Shown: one piece after another, positions 40,161-52,140 of the stretch
Position numbering within the stretch: position 1 is the first letter of the stretch
Layout of the letters: every line of letters starts with the position of its first letter
Assembly: GCA_030550625.1 (NCBI GenBank)
Contig: JAUQOZ010000052.1
Location: 8,745 to 72,744 of the forward strand
Reading direction: 5' to 3'
DNA: 64,000 nt
From: Chloroflexota bacterium
GTDB lineage: Bacteria > Chloroflexota > Chloroflexia > Chloroflexales > Chloroflexaceae
The notes under the pieces: model-generated
Databases searched by the model: none
What the model saw: only the letters and a program-made list of their open reading frames with translations
What the model was told of the DNA's origin: nothing
Translations under genes and position numbers: made by a program

Positions 40161-40185
40161 AAGGGCGGGTTTGCAACCCGCCCTT
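40161..40185. repeat. REP-like palindrome; probable terminator of the cox cluster
   Basis: aagggcgggtt-tgc-aacccgccctt, 11-bp perfect arms. Confidence 0.65.
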
Positions 40186-40220
40186 GCTTTTCTGTACCCG
40201 CGTGTCTTTCGGTTGTCGCC

Positions 40221-41081
40221 CTACCGAGCCCGCTCGATCGCCTTGAGCAGCGCGCGCTTGGCATAGACCTTGCACATTGCCCGCCGGTACTCTTCGCTGG
40301 CGTGGATGTCGCCGAGCATCTCCATGCCTTCGCCGGCATGGGCGGCGGCGGCGGCCACCGCATCGGCGCTGCCGTCGGTACCGATCAGGGCCTGCTCGAC
40401 GGCAGGCTGGCGTTCGGCTTTGGGGCCGGCGCCGGTGATCGCCACCCGGCATGCCGTCACCTGCCCGTTTTCCATCTTGACATAGGCGGCTGCGCCAACG
40501 ATAGCATAGCGGCTCGCTGGATGGGGAAACTTGGCATAGGCCGAGCTTTCACCGGGGCCGTGGCTATTGAACGTGATCGAGGTGATAATCTCACCCGGTT
40601 CGAGAGCGGTGCTGAGCATATCGGTGAAGAAATCGGCGGCGGCAATCGCGCGCGGGCCGTTGGGGCCTTCGACGTGAATCTGGGCATCAACGGCCAGCAC
40701 CACTGCGGGTATATCGGCGGCAGGATCGGCATGAGCGAGCGAACCGCCGATTGTGCCGCGGTTGCGCACCTGAATGTCACCAATTAGGCTAACTGCATCG
40801 GCCATGGCCGGGCAAGCCTTGGCCAGCGCCGCGTGCTGCTCGATCGCGCTCCACGTCGTCATCGCGCCGATCTCGACCGTTCCGTTGACCTTAATCCCGC
40901 GCAGTTCTGCAACCCGGTTGATATCGATCAATACACTCGGCGAGGCGAGGCGAAGCTTCATCGCCGGCAACAGCGAGTGGCCGCCGGCCAAAATCTTGGC
41001 ATCATCGCCATGCTGCTGCAACAGCGTCAGCGCCTCGGCGAGGCTGGTTGGCGCGTAATAATCGAATGGGGCTGGAATCAT
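40221..41081 (-). CDS. coxM: CoxM-like FAD-binding subunit (xanthine dehydrogenase / CO dehydrogenase family)
   Basis: AKILAGGHSLLPAMKLRLA, QVRNRGTIGGSLAHADPAAD. Confidence 0.92.
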   Translation of the reverse strand: MIPAPFDYYAPTSLAEALTLLQQHGDDAKILAGGHSLLPAMKLRLASPSVLIDINRVAELRGIKVNGTVEIGAMTTWSAIEQHAALAKACPAMADAVSLIGDIQVRNRGTIGGSLAHADPAADIPAVVLAVDAQIHVEGPNGPRAIAAADFFTDMLSTALEPGEIITSITFNSHGPGESSAYAKFPHPASRYAIVGAAAYVKMENGQVTACRVAITGAGPKAERQPAVEQALIGTDGSADAVAAAAAHAGEGMEMLGDIHASEEYRRAMCKVYAKRALLKAIERAR

Positions 41082-41146
41082 AGTTGCTCCCTTATGCGTT
41101 ACGGCAGGCGCAGGCCAAACTTTACCCGCGCCTGCATTGGACTTGG

Positions 41147-43510
41147 CTACTTCCCGTGGATAGCGCGCCAGATCCGTTCTGGCGTAGCCGGCATTTGCAG
41201 ATGCTTGACGCCGAACGGCGCCAGTGCATCAATAATCGCGTTCATCACGCACTGCGCCGAGGCAATCGTGCCCGCTTCGCCGGCTCCCTTTACGCCGAGC
41301 GGATTCACCGGCGACGGCGTAACCGTATGATCAGTCTCGATGTGCGGCACCATCGCTGCCGTCGGCACCGCATAGTCCATCAGGGTGCCGGTCAGCAACT
41401 GGCCGTCTTCGTTGTAAACGGCGCCCTCATACAGGGCCTGCGCCAGCCCTTGGGCGATGCCGCCGTGAATTTGCCCTTCGACGATCAGCGGGTTGATCTG
41501 GTTGCCGCAGTCGTCAACCGCGATATAGCGCAACAGCTTGACATGGCCGGTTTCGGGATCGACCTCGACAATACAGACGTGGGTGCCGAAGGGGAAGGTG
41601 CAGTTCGGCGGATCGTAGTAGCTGGTCTCGTCGAGGAACGGTTCCATACCGGGGGGCAGGTTATACGCGACCGCGGCAGCGGCGGCTAGCTCGCCAATCG
41701 TCTTGCCCTTGTCGGGTGAACCTTTGACATACGCGCGGCCATTCTCAAACACGATGTCGGCCTCGTTGGCTTCCAGCAGGTGAGCGGCCAGCTTGCGCGC
41801 CTTCTCTTTGATCTTATCGACGCTGCGCTTGATTGCCACCCCGCCGACGGCCAGCGAACGCGAGCCGTAGGTGCCGTAGCCGAACGGCGTGCCTTGGGTG
41901 TCGCCCCACTGCACTTCGACATCCTCGTAGGGCACCCCCAGCTCGTCGGCCACGATCTGGGCAAAGGTGGTCTCTAGCCCTTGCCCGTGCGGCAACGAAC
42001 CGGTTGTCACCACCACTTTGCCAGTGAGATGGACACGGACGTTGGCGCTTTCCCAGAGGCCGGCGCCCCAACCTTGACCACCCATCCACGCACTTGGCGC
42101 GATGCCGCAAATCTCAACATACGACGAGATGCCGATGCCGAGGTAGCGACCCTGCTGGCGCAGTTCGGCTTGCTGCTTGCGGAACTCGGCGTAGCCAGCG
42201 ATTTCGAGCGCCTTATTCAAGGCCGGCTCGTAGTTGCCGCTATCGTAGGGCAGCAGACCCAACCCGTTATCGTAGGGGAAGTCTTCGGGTTGGATGAAAT
42301 TCTTGCGCCGCACCTCCGCCGGATCCATCCCGATCTCGGCAGCGAAGCGATCGACCATGCGCTCGATCAGATAGCTGGCTTCGGGGCGACCGGCGCCGCG
42401 GTAGGCATCGACCATCGCCGTGTTGGTATACGCGCCGGTAACGTGGACATACGCTGCCGGAATCTTGTAGACGCCGGTGATAATGCGCCCGTAGAGCGTA
42501 GTTGGAATACCGGCGGCCACCGTCGAGAAATAGGCGCCGATATTGGCCCACGTCTTGACGCGCAGACCGGTAATCTTACCGTCGCGGGTGCCGGCCAGTT
42601 CGGCCTCGGTGATATGGTCACGTCCGTGCGTTGAATACTTGTAATTCTCGGAGCGGTCTTCGACAAACTTCACCGGACGGCCCAGCTTGCGCGCGGCCCA
42701 CATCGTGAAGGCCATATCGTTGTAGCAGAAGATCTTCTGGCCGAAACCGCCGCCGACATTGGGCGCAATGCAGCGCAGCTTGGTTTCGGGCACGCCGAAG
42801 ACGAAGGCGGTCAGCAGCAGGCGATGGACGTGGGGAGCCTGCGAGGTCATCCAGACCGTCCATTCGCCGGTTGTAGCGTCATAGCGCGCAATTGAGCCGC
42901 GGGTCTCCATCGGGGTGGGAATCAGGCGTTGGTTAATAATCTCCTCTTTCACCACCACCTCGGCGCTAGCGATAGCAGCATCGGCTGCCGCCTTATTGCC
43001 GCACTCCCACTCAAACACGATATTGTTCGGCGCCGCCTCGTGAATCTGGGGTGCGCCGGGTTCGACCGCCTTGCGGGCATCGACCACTGCCGGCAGCGGT
43101 TCGTACTCAACTTCAACCGCATCAGCCGCATCGCGAGCAATATAGCGATCCTCGGCTACCACCATCGCCACCGGGTCGCCCACCAGCGCCACCTTATCGA
43201 CCGCCAGCGCGCGCGGCGGCACCGGATAATTCTTCACCCCAGCCGCCTGCCACGCCGCCGGCATCGGATTGATATCGAGCATATCCTTGCCGGTGAAGAC
43301 GGCGACCACACCGGGCATTGCCAGCGCCTTGCTGGCGTCAATCGAGACGATCTTTGCGTGGGCATAGGGGCTGCGCACCAGCGCGATGTGCAGCATACCG
43401 GGCAGCTTGATATCATCGAGATAATTGCCGTGGCCGGTAATCAGCTTGGGATCTTCCCGGCGCTTCAGCGCCCGCCCAACCAGTCGCTCCTTCATCTCGA
43501 TAGCAGTCAT
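41147..43510 (-). CDS. coxL: CoxL-like molybdopterin subunit, form II type
   Basis: VGGGFGQK, active-site loop AYRGAGR (form II rather than form I AYxCSFR), GQIHGGIAQG, KGAGEAG. Confidence 0.9.
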   Translation of the reverse strand: MTAIEMKERLVGRALKRREDPKLITGHGNYLDDIKLPGMLHIALVRSPYAHAKIVSIDASKALAMPGVVAVFTGKDMLDINPMPAAWQAAGVKNYPVPPRALAVDKVALVGDPVAMVVAEDRYIARDAADAVEVEYEPLPAVVDARKAVEPGAPQIHEAAPNNIVFEWECGNKAAADAAIASAEVVVKEEIINQRLIPTPMETRGSIARYDATTGEWTVWMTSQAPHVHRLLLTAFVFGVPETKLRCIAPNVGGGFGQKIFCYNDMAFTMWAARKLGRPVKFVEDRSENYKYSTHGRDHITEAELAGTRDGKITGLRVKTWANIGAYFSTVAAGIPTTLYGRIITGVYKIPAAYVHVTGAYTNTAMVDAYRGAGRPEASYLIERMVDRFAAEIGMDPAEVRRKNFIQPEDFPYDNGLGLLPYDSGNYEPALNKALEIAGYAEFRKQQAELRQQGRYLGIGISSYVEICGIAPSAWMGGQGWGAGLWESANVRVHLTGKVVVTTGSLPHGQGLETTFAQIVADELGVPYEDVEVQWGDTQGTPFGYGTYGSRSLAVGGVAIKRSVDKIKEKARKLAAHLLEANEADIVFENGRAYVKGSPDKGKTIGELAAAAAVAYNLPPGMEPFLDETSYYDPPNCTFPFGTHVCIVEVDPETGHVKLLRYIAVDDCGNQINPLIVEGQIHGGIAQGLAQALYEGAVYNEDGQLLTGTLMDYAVPTAAMVPHIETDHTVTPSPVNPLGVKGAGEAGTIASAQCVMNAIIDALAPFGVKHLQMPATPERIWRAIHGK

Positions 43511-43554
43511 CCTCGACTCCTCACTAGGTTTGGTGTGAATACCTGCTGGACGGA

Positions 43555-44037
43555 TTAATCAGCGGCTGGCGCGGCTGCCATCTTCTCGGCAGCGTAGCGC
43601 ACCGCGCGGACGATGTTCTCGTAACCGGTGCAGCGGCAGAGGTTGCCTTCCAGACCGTGGCGGATCTCTTCGTCGGTGGGATTAGGATTACGCTTGAGCA
43701 GATCAGCGGCGGCCATGATCATGCCGGGGGTGCAGAAGCCGCACTGGAGACCGTGCTTCTCCCAGAAGCCTTCTTGCAGCGGATGGAGCTGGCCGTCATG
43801 GGCGAGGCCTTCGATCGTCGTAATCTCGGCGCCATCGCACTGAACGGCCAGCGTGGTACAAGACTTGACACTAACGCCATTGATATGAACGACGCAAGCG
43901 CCGCACTGGCTGGTGTCACAACCAATGTGGGTGCCGGTGAGATTGAGATGCTCGCGCAGGTAATGAACCAGCAGCAAGCGCGGCTCAACCTCGCTGGTGT
44001 AGCGAACGCCATTAACCGTGACCGTAATCGTTGTCAC
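43555..44037 (-). CDS. coxS: CoxS-like [2Fe-2S] subunit
   Basis: [10 protein letters not shown]...C and QCGFCTPG...NLCRCTGY; GTG start. Confidence 0.94.
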   Translation of the reverse strand: MTTITVTVNGVRYTSEVEPRLLLVHYLREHLNLTGTHIGCDTSQCGACVVHINGVSVKSCTTLAVQCDGAEITTIEGLAHDGQLHPLQEGFWEKHGLQCGFCTPGMIMAAADLLKRNPNPTDEEIRHGLEGNLCRCTGYENIVRAVRYAAEKMAAAPAAD

Positions 44038-44231
44038 TCTCCAACCTCCTCGTTGATTGCGAAGCGAACTACCAATTGGGACGAAATGATCGTACTGGAC
44101 TAAGACCCTACCAAACTTCCCGTGTTGTGAATGTGGGAGATTGCTCCTTTATCCCCTCCTCATCTATTCCCGCGGAACGCCAGCTCTGCTTTCTGCACGG
44201 AGCATAGTGATCAGAGCCGGCGCTCAGATAT

Positions 44232-44984
44232 TTAGCTAGACCGGCGCTGGCCGAGCAGGTAGCCGAGCAAGAAGGCAATAATCACCCACGGCACCCATGG
44301 ACGCTCCTTCAGAAAATCCTCGACCACGCCGAGGGCGACATCAACCTCGCTTAACCCTTCACCGGCAGGAACGTGGATTGTACGCCGGAAAGCAGGCGTC
44401 TCAGCCGGTTCGGGTGCAGGCGGCGGCGTAGCAACTGGTTCGGGTGCAGGCGGCGGCGTGGCGACCGGTTCGGGCGTGGGTGCGGCGACCGGTTCGGGCG
44501 CGGGTGCGGCGACCGGTTCGGGCGTGGGTTCGACACTGCCGGCGCGCCGGGCTTCGATCTGGGCGGCGAGCGCCTTTAGGCTCTGCGCAATGAGCGTTTT
44601 GGCGGCGCCATCGAGCAGGCGCTGGCCAACACTGGCAATGGTGCCGCCGACGTGTGCCTCACCGCCGTAATCGAGGATCGTCTGGCCGTTTTCTTCACGC
44701 AGGGTAATACTGCCCGAACCCTTCAGAAAACCATTGCTCCCCTTGCCATCGACGTGAATCTCATACGACTCAGGCGCCTGAATATTGTCGATCTTCACCC
44801 GTCCGCTATACACGCCACGCACGGCTTGGAGACCAATCTTCAGCGTGCTCTCGTATTCGTTTTCGCCAACTTGCTCAAGACGCTGACAGCCGGGAATGGT
44901 GCGGGCTAAGACTTCCGGATCATTCAACGCAGCCCACACCTCATCACGGCTAGCCGCAAAGGTGTAATTGCCGGCGATCTTCAC
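44232..44984 (-). CDS. coxG: CoxG (SRPBCC domain) with Pro-rich repeat linker and C-terminal TM anchor
   Basis: VWAALNDPEVLARTIPGC, VGGTIASVGQRLL; PEPVAAPA repeats; WVIIAFLLGYLLG. Confidence 0.88.
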   Translation of the reverse strand: MKIAGNYTFAASRDEVWAALNDPEVLARTIPGCQRLEQVGENEYESTLKIGLQAVRGVYSGRVKIDNIQAPESYEIHVDGKGSNGFLKGSGSITLREENGQTILDYGGEAHVGGTIASVGQRLLDGAAKTLIAQSLKALAAQIEARRAGSVEPTPEPVAAPAPEPVAAPTPEPVATPPPAPEPVATPPPAPEPAETPAFRRTIHVPAGEGLSEVDVALGVVEDFLKERPWVPWVIIAFLLGYLLGQRRSS

Positions 44985-45284
44985 ACTGACTCCTTGCTGC
45001 CCGGTTCACAGATGTTGAGCCGGGCAACCTCTGTAAAAAGACGAGTATGCCTTCCGTTTGCCATGCTCTGCCCAGCAGAACCGGGAGAGCTTGCTTCACA
45101 CTGGTAGTATACTCGAGATAGTCTTATGCACGTTTAGTTATGGGTTCCATATCTATCGTACTCAGCAGCACAGTCTTTGTCAAGGCAATGTGCGGGTCGA
45201 GTTGGTTGCAGTGCGCATTGGGCAGCTATCACCGGTTCTGTAGGGACGAGGACCGAAAACGGGCAAAATTCCTCGCCTAGATAC

Positions 45285-45314
45285 TTGACAAAGCTGCGTT
45301 GCATAGTTTATATT
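45285..45314 (+). promoter_or_regulatory. Putative sigma70 promoter upstream of the SAM riboswitch
   Basis: TTGACA-18 nt-TATATT. Confidence 0.55.
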
Positions 45315-45316
45315 AG

Positions 45317-46885
<1,569 letters not shown>

Positions 46886-46966
46886 TACCTAGCGGGCAGG
46901 GCGGCGACAATGGCGTCGCCGCTCTTTCCGGCTGCCCGGCTTCCTTGCAGTCAGGAGAAGACGTAG

Positions 46967-48103
46967 ATGGAAGCATTTGTTCATGCGCCAACCCCAGAGG
47001 GGGTTGGCTATGTGCGCACCCAGCGTATGCATTGGACAACACCGCTAACGTTGGCGAGCGGTGCGACGCTGGGCCCGTTGACGCTGGCTTACGAAACGTA
47101 TGGCGAGCTAGCGCCCGATCGCTCGAATGCGATTCTCATCTTGCACGCCTTATCTGGCGATGCCCACGCGGCAGGGTATCACAGTTCCACCGACCGCAAA
47201 CCGGGTTGGTGGGATGGCATGATCGGGCCGGGGCGCGCGTTTGATACGAATCGTTATTTTGTGATCTGCTCGAACGTGATTGGTGGTTGTCGCGGCTCGA
47301 CCGGCCCCTCGAGCCCGCATCCGGCGGATGGCAAGCCGTATGGATCGCGCTTTCCGATCATCACGATCGAAGATATGGTGCGTGCCCAACAACGCTTGAT
47401 CGATGCGTTGGGGATCGAAACCTTGCTCGCGGTGGCCGGCGGTTCGATGGGTGGGTTTCAAGCCTTAGCATGGGCGGTTGAGTACCCGCAGCGGGTGCGC
47501 GGCGCGATCTTGCTGGCTACCAGCGCCCGCTCAAGCCCGCAAACGGTCGCGTGGAACTACATTGGCCGGCGCGCGATTATGGCCGATCCACGCTGGCAGG
47601 GCGGTGATTACTACGACGGCGAACCGCCGCGCGACGGGCTGGCAGTGGCGCGGATGCTCGGCCACATCACCTATCTCTGCGAAGAGAAACTGGAGCAGCG
47701 GTTTGGCCGGCGCGGCGATCCCGGCACCCTCGATTTGGGGCCGCGGTTCGCCATCGAACACTATCTTGAACACCAAGCGGCCCGCTTCAACGACCGGTTT
47801 GACGCCAATTCGTACCTTGTCATCACCCGCGCTATGGATAGCTGGGATCTCGCGGCGCGTTACGGTTCGCTGGCGGCGGCCTTTGATCAAGCGCGGGCGC
47901 GGTTCCTCGGTTTGGCCTACAGCAGTGACTGGCTCTACCCGCCGAGCGAGACGTATCAGATGGAGGCGGCAGCCAAAGCGGCGGGCCGTTCGTTTACCAC
48001 CCACCTGATTGCGACCGATGCCGGTCATGACGCTTTTCTGACTGACCTTGACATGCAGAGCGTATTGATCCGCGATTTCCTTGATCGGTTGGCGGCTGAA
48101 TAG
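46967..48103 (+). CDS. metX: Homoserine O-acetyltransferase
   Basis: [24 protein letters not shown] nucleophile elbow, DANSYL, GHDAFL. Confidence 0.95.
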   Translation: MEAFVHAPTPEGVGYVRTQRMHWTTPLTLASGATLGPLTLAYETYGELAPDRSNAILILHALSGDAHAAGYHSSTDRKPGWWDGMIGPGRAFDTNRYFVICSNVIGGCRGSTGPSSPHPADGKPYGSRFPIITIEDMVRAQQRLIDALGIETLLAVAGGSMGGFQALAWAVEYPQRVRGAILLATSARSSPQTVAWNYIGRRAIMADPRWQGGDYYDGEPPRDGLAVARMLGHITYLCEEKLEQRFGRRGDPGTLDLGPRFAIEHYLEHQAARFNDRFDANSYLVITRAMDSWDLAARYGSLAAAFDQARARFLGLAYSSDWLYPPSETYQMEAAAKAAGRSFTTHLIATDAGHDAFLTDLDMQSVLIRDFLDRLAAE

Positions 48104-48260
48104 CGGGAGGAACGCATAAGAAGCCAGTCTTGTAGCCTTCAGTAAGCGCAGTACGGCGTATGTGCCAGTTGCACGAAGCTGTTTACCTCTACACTGGTTT
48201 GCGGTAAGATAACAGTGCTCTACATATAGATACCTTTCCGTACCAGCGGGTGAGGGTTCA

Positions 48261-49289
48261 TTGAAACACGCCGTATTGTGGCTCAAGCAATGGTTGTGGT
48301 TGCCACCGGCAAGCTGGCAGCGGGTGGCTCTGTTGTTATTGGGCGTGCTGGGGGCCTCAGCTGCGCTCGCCTTGGCATTCGGCGTCGGCTGGTGGTTAGC
48401 AGCGTTGGCTGGGTTGGGCGGGATGAGCGTAGCGTTAGCGTGGTATAGCTGGCGTGAGCGCGCGCAGCGAGCCGAGCTGCAACGCCATCTTGTCACCCTT
48501 GAGCGTGAATTGGCCGAAGCGCGCGTTGCAGCGACGGTAGCGATGCGGGCCAAAAGCGCATTCTTGGCGAATATGAGCCACGAGTTGCGCACCCCGCTCA
48601 ATACCATTATCGGCTACAGCGAATTATTGCACGAAGACGCACAGGAAGGCGTCCTCAACCCGGAGCTTGCGACCACTCGCCTCCAACGCATCAGGGAAGC
48701 AGCCGGCCAGTTGCTGAGCCTGATTAATGATGTGCTCGATCTGGCCCGGCTCGAGGCTGGCGAGGTGGTGGTGAGCCGGGAACGCTGGCCGCTGGGGTTG
48801 CTGATCGACGAAGTGCAAACGGCAATTGCGCCATTGGCGAATGCGCACAGCAACCGGCTGTCGATCGATCTGGCGGTTGATCCGGCGACGATCATCGAGG
48901 TCGATCGGGCGAAGGTGCGCCAGATTTTGTTGCACCTCTTGCAAAATGCGGTGAAGTTTACTCGCCAAGGCGAGATCAAATTGGCGGTGGCAATCCGTGA
49001 TGATGGGGAGGGGCCGGCGGTGCTGAGCCTCAGTGTGAGCGATACCGGCATTGGCATGAGTCGCGAGCAGCTCGATGTGCTGTTTGAGCCGTTCGTCCGC
49101 TTTGATGAAGCGTTAACCCAACGCCATAGCGGCGCTGGAATAGGTTTAGCGATAGCCCAGCGGTTGTGCATGGTGATGGGTGGTTCGATTGCAGCAACGA
49201 GCCAGCCCGGTAAAGGGTCAGCGTTTTTGGTGACCATTCCGCTCGTTGCTGCTCGCGCACCGTTAGCGATAGCTGTCAATGAACAGTGA
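48261..49289 (+). CDS. Orphan membrane sensor histidine kinase
   Basis: Two TM segments; FLANMSHELRTPL, NAVKFT, DTGIGM, GAGIGL, GKGSAF. Confidence 0.92.
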   Translation: MKHAVLWLKQWLWLPPASWQRVALLLLGVLGASAALALAFGVGWWLAALAGLGGMSVALAWYSWRERAQRAELQRHLVTLERELAEARVAATVAMRAKSAFLANMSHELRTPLNTIIGYSELLHEDAQEGVLNPELATTRLQRIREAAGQLLSLINDVLDLARLEAGEVVVSRERWPLGLLIDEVQTAIAPLANAHSNRLSIDLAVDPATIIEVDRAKVRQILLHLLQNAVKFTRQGEIKLAVAIRDDGEGPAVLSLSVSDTGIGMSREQLDVLFEPFVRFDEALTQRHSGAGIGLAIAQRLCMVMGGSIAATSQPGKGSAFLVTIPLVAARAPLAIAVNEQ

Positions 49290-49301
49290 ACGAACATCTC
49301 C

Positions 49302-49787
49302 ATGGCAGATAAACTCAATTCGATGCGCCTGCTCGATCGTCAGCGCATCACGTATACCATTCACGAGTACGATCCAGCAGCGCCGGATGCAGTAGCTGTA
49401 GCGGCGGCGATCGGCGTCCCAGCGGCGCAGGTCTTCAAGACGCTGGTCGTGCTCGGCGCCGGCGCGCGGCCAGCCTTGGCGATGGTGCCGGCTGATTGCC
49501 AGCTTGATCTCAAACGTCTCGCGGTAGTGGCCGGCGTCAAGCGATTTGAGATGGCGCCCCATGCCGAAGCCGAACGCCTGACCGGGTTGCGGGTGGGTGG
49601 CATCGGCGCGCTGGCGCTGACGGCGAAGCGGTGGCCGTCATATCTTGATCAATCGGCGCTGGCGCATCCGATTATCTATGTCAATGCCGGCCAACGCGGA
49701 GTGATGATCGGTATTGTCCCATCTGATTTGGTGCGGGTGGTAGGGGCGACCGTAGGAACGATTGCTGCGCAGGTGTCATCGTTGTAG
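49302..49787 (+). CDS. YbaK/EbsC family aminoacyl-tRNA deacylase
   Basis: NSMRLLDRQRI.Y..HEY, QVFKTLV, ERLTGL.VGGI, VNAGQRG. Confidence 0.9.
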   Translation: MADKLNSMRLLDRQRITYTIHEYDPAAPDAVAVAAAIGVPAAQVFKTLVVLGAGARPALAMVPADCQLDLKRLAVVAGVKRFEMAPHAEAERLTGLRVGGIGALALTAKRWPSYLDQSALAHPIIYVNAGQRGVMIGIVPSDLVRVVGATVGTIAAQVSSL

Positions 49788-49864
49788 AGCCACCCAGTAA
49801 GTGATGGCAGCCGCCTGCTGATTAGTTGCACGGTTGGCTCGTCTGTGCTAGAATAAGGGGCGAT

Positions 49865-49939
49865 GGCGACGTAGCAAAGTGGTAATGCAGCGGTCTGCAA
49901 AACCGCCATTCGCGGGTTCGATTCCCGCCGTCGCCTCCA
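49865..49939 (+). tRNA. tRNA-Cys (GCA), CCA encoded
   Basis: GGCGACG acceptor stem pairs with CGTCGCC; anticodon loop CTGCAAA; T-loop GGTTCGATTCC; 3' TCCA. Confidence 0.97.
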
Positions 49940-49996
49940 GAGGCATCTACTGACGAGAGGTTGATCGCCTCTCGTTCTTTATTTCGTGGCGTTCGT

Positions 49997-51145
49997 ATGC
50001 GTATTCTCTGCACCCTGACCTACTACCGGCCTCATACTAGCGGTCTCACTATCTATGTTGAACGATTGGCCCGTGGCTTAGCCCGGCGAGGGCATCAAGT
50101 GACCGTATTGACCTCGCAGTATGATCCGAGTCTGCCAAAAATTGAGATGCGTGATGGGGTACGCGTCGTGCGCGCGCCGGTGCTGGCACGCATCAGCAAA
50201 GGCGTGATTATGCCGACCTTCGGCTGGCTCGCTACCCGCCTATCGCTCGAACATGACGCAATGAGTCTGCACTTGCCGCAATTCGATGCGCCGGGGTTGG
50301 CCGTGCGCGGTAGGTTGTTGAAGCAGCCGGTGGTGCTGACCTACCACAGCGATCTAAAACTGCCGCCGGGGTTGCTCAACCGGGTGGCAAACCGCGTCGT
50401 AGATGTGGCCAATGAGGCAGCGGCGGCGTTGGCGACGCGGATTGTCGCCTATACCCAAGATTTCGCCGATCACTCGCCCTATCTGCGCCGGTGGCGCAAC
50501 AAAGTGACGATTATCCCGCCGCCGGTGGAGGTGGCTGATGTGTCTGAAGCCGAAATTACCGCATTCCGGCGGCGCTGGAACTTGCAGGGGCCGGTGATCG
50601 GCATGGCGGCCCGGCTCGCCTCTGAGAAAGGGGTAGAGGTGTTGCTGGAGGCTTTGCCGCGCATTCTGGCTGTCTACCCAACGGCGCGGGTGTTGTTTGC
50701 CGGCCAGCACGAACAGGTGTTGGGTGAAGAAGCGTATGCTCTCCGGTTGGCGCCGCTGTTCGAGCGGTTTCGCGATCACTGGATGTTCCTTGGCACATTG
50801 AATGCGCGTGAAATGGCGACCTTTTTCCCGAACCTTGACGTATTGGTTGTGCCATCGCTTAATTCAACCGAAACGTTCGGGTTAGTGCAGGTCGAGGCGA
50901 TGTTGTGCGGTACGCCGACGGTGGCCAGCAATCTGCCGGGAGTGCGCCAGCCGCCGCTTATGACCGGAATGGGCAAGGTGGTGCCGATTGGTGATGCGGC
51001 AGCGCTGGCTGATGCGATCATCGAGATTATTGCCAATCGCGCCGCATATATCCGCCCGCGCGACGAAGTTGCCGCCTTGTTTAGCACCGAGCGCACGGTT
51101 GAGGAGTATGAGCGCCTCTTTGCCGAGTTGCGCGACGCTCGTTAG
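49997..51145 (+). CDS. Glycosyltransferase family 4 (GT-B)
   Basis: GLTIYVERLARGL..RGHQVTV, RLASEKG, PSLNSTETFGLVQVEAMLCGTPTVAS. Confidence 0.93.
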   Translation: MRILCTLTYYRPHTSGLTIYVERLARGLARRGHQVTVLTSQYDPSLPKIEMRDGVRVVRAPVLARISKGVIMPTFGWLATRLSLEHDAMSLHLPQFDAPGLAVRGRLLKQPVVLTYHSDLKLPPGLLNRVANRVVDVANEAAAALATRIVAYTQDFADHSPYLRRWRNKVTIIPPPVEVADVSEAEITAFRRRWNLQGPVIGMAARLASEKGVEVLLEALPRILAVYPTARVLFAGQHEQVLGEEAYALRLAPLFERFRDHWMFLGTLNAREMATFFPNLDVLVVPSLNSTETFGLVQVEAMLCGTPTVASNLPGVRQPPLMTGMGKVVPIGDAAALADAIIEIIANRAAYIRPRDEVAALFSTERTVEEYERLFAELRDAR

Positions 51146-51291
51146 CCGAACGCGGTACAATGATAGTAATCGGGCGTTGATTGCTGATACCGCCCTACTA
51201 TATCTGCTTCAAGAGCCGTTCTTGCGCCAGATCGATGAAAGGCAGGCGCCTCATAGCGGTCTCTGTAGTTGTTTCGTCTTGCGGAGGCGAT

Positions 51292-52140
51292 ATGACTGAG
51301 TCGACGATAACAGCCGCCGAGTTAACTGCTGCCGGCAGAGCAGCATTGATTGCCGGCGATACGGTGACGGCGCGCCTGCGGTTTCGTGAGGCGCTGGAAA
51401 TAGATCCGCATCACGTCGATGCGCTGCTCGGCATGGCGGCGGCGGTGCGGCCCTACCGTGACAAGCGTGAATATCTGTTACGCGCGTTAGCAGTGGAGCC
51501 TGACAATAGCGAAGCGCGCGCGACGCTTGAACAGGTTGAGGCACGGTTGGCCGCTGGTGAGTTGCTCGCACCGACTGGGGTGCAGGTGCGCGATCGCGAA
51601 GAACCGGCAGTGGCGGTAGAGGCGCCGGCGGCGCCGGTTGAGCCGGCAGTCGAAACATTGGTCTGTTATCGCCATCCGCAGCGCGAAACCGGATTACGCT
51701 GCATTAGTTGCGGTCGCCCGATCTGCCCTGAATGCGCGCGGGCGACGCCGGTCGGCCAGATCTGCCCTGAGTGTGCCCGTGAGCGCACGCCAGTCAATTA
51801 TCAAGTCGAGCCGGCGCAGTTGTTGGCGGCTGGAGTGGTGGCGCTGGTCTATGCGCTGGTGGTAACATTCATAGCCGGGATAGTTATTGGCTGGGCTGGC
51901 TTCTTTGGTTTTATTGTCGCATTCTTGTTGGGGCCAATGACCGGCAATGCCCTTTCGCGGGTGGTTGATTGGGCCACCGGGCGCAAGCGCGGGCGCATGC
52001 TCATGATTGTGGTGAGTGTAGCGTATGCGTGCGGCTCGTTACCTTACATCGGCTTTATCATCTTAATCGGCGGCTTTCCGTTGGCGCTGCTGTTTTACTC
52101 GATTATCGTCGTGACCACCGCTTTAGCATGGTTACGCTGA
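51292..52140 (+). CDS. TPR-like + B-box-type zinc finger + multi-TM membrane protein
   Basis: N-terminal TPR-like helices (FREALEIDPHHVDA, LRALAVEPDNSEA); CYRHP..ETGLRCISCGRPICPEC...CPEC; about 4 TM segments. Start after GGAGG. Confidence 0.75.
   Translation: MTESTITAAELTAAGRAALIAGDTVTARLRFREALEIDPHHVDALLGMAAAVRPYRDKREYLLRALAVEPDNSEARATLEQVEARLAAGELLAPTGVQVRDREEPAVAVEAPAAPVEPAVETLVCYRHPQRETGLRCISCGRPICPECARATPVGQICPECARERTPVNYQVEPAQLLAAGVVALVYALVVTFIAGIVIGWAGFFGFIVAFLLGPMTGNALSRVVDWATGRKRGRMLMIVVSVAYACGSLPYIGFIILIGGFPLALLFYSIIVVTTALAWLR

Noticed and set aside
41147-43510. Calling this a true aerobic CO dehydrogenase (form I)
   Set aside because: The loop is AYRGAGR, lacking the Cu-binding Cys of AYxCSFR, and the gene order is S-L-M.
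44040-44230. Moco riboswitch or small ORF between coxG and coxS
   Set aside because: No recognisable motif consensus, and the candidate ORFs stop within 14 codons.
49865-49990. Genomic island integrated at tRNA-Cys
   Set aside because: No integrase, no duplicated tRNA 3' end in the window, and the downstream genes look native.
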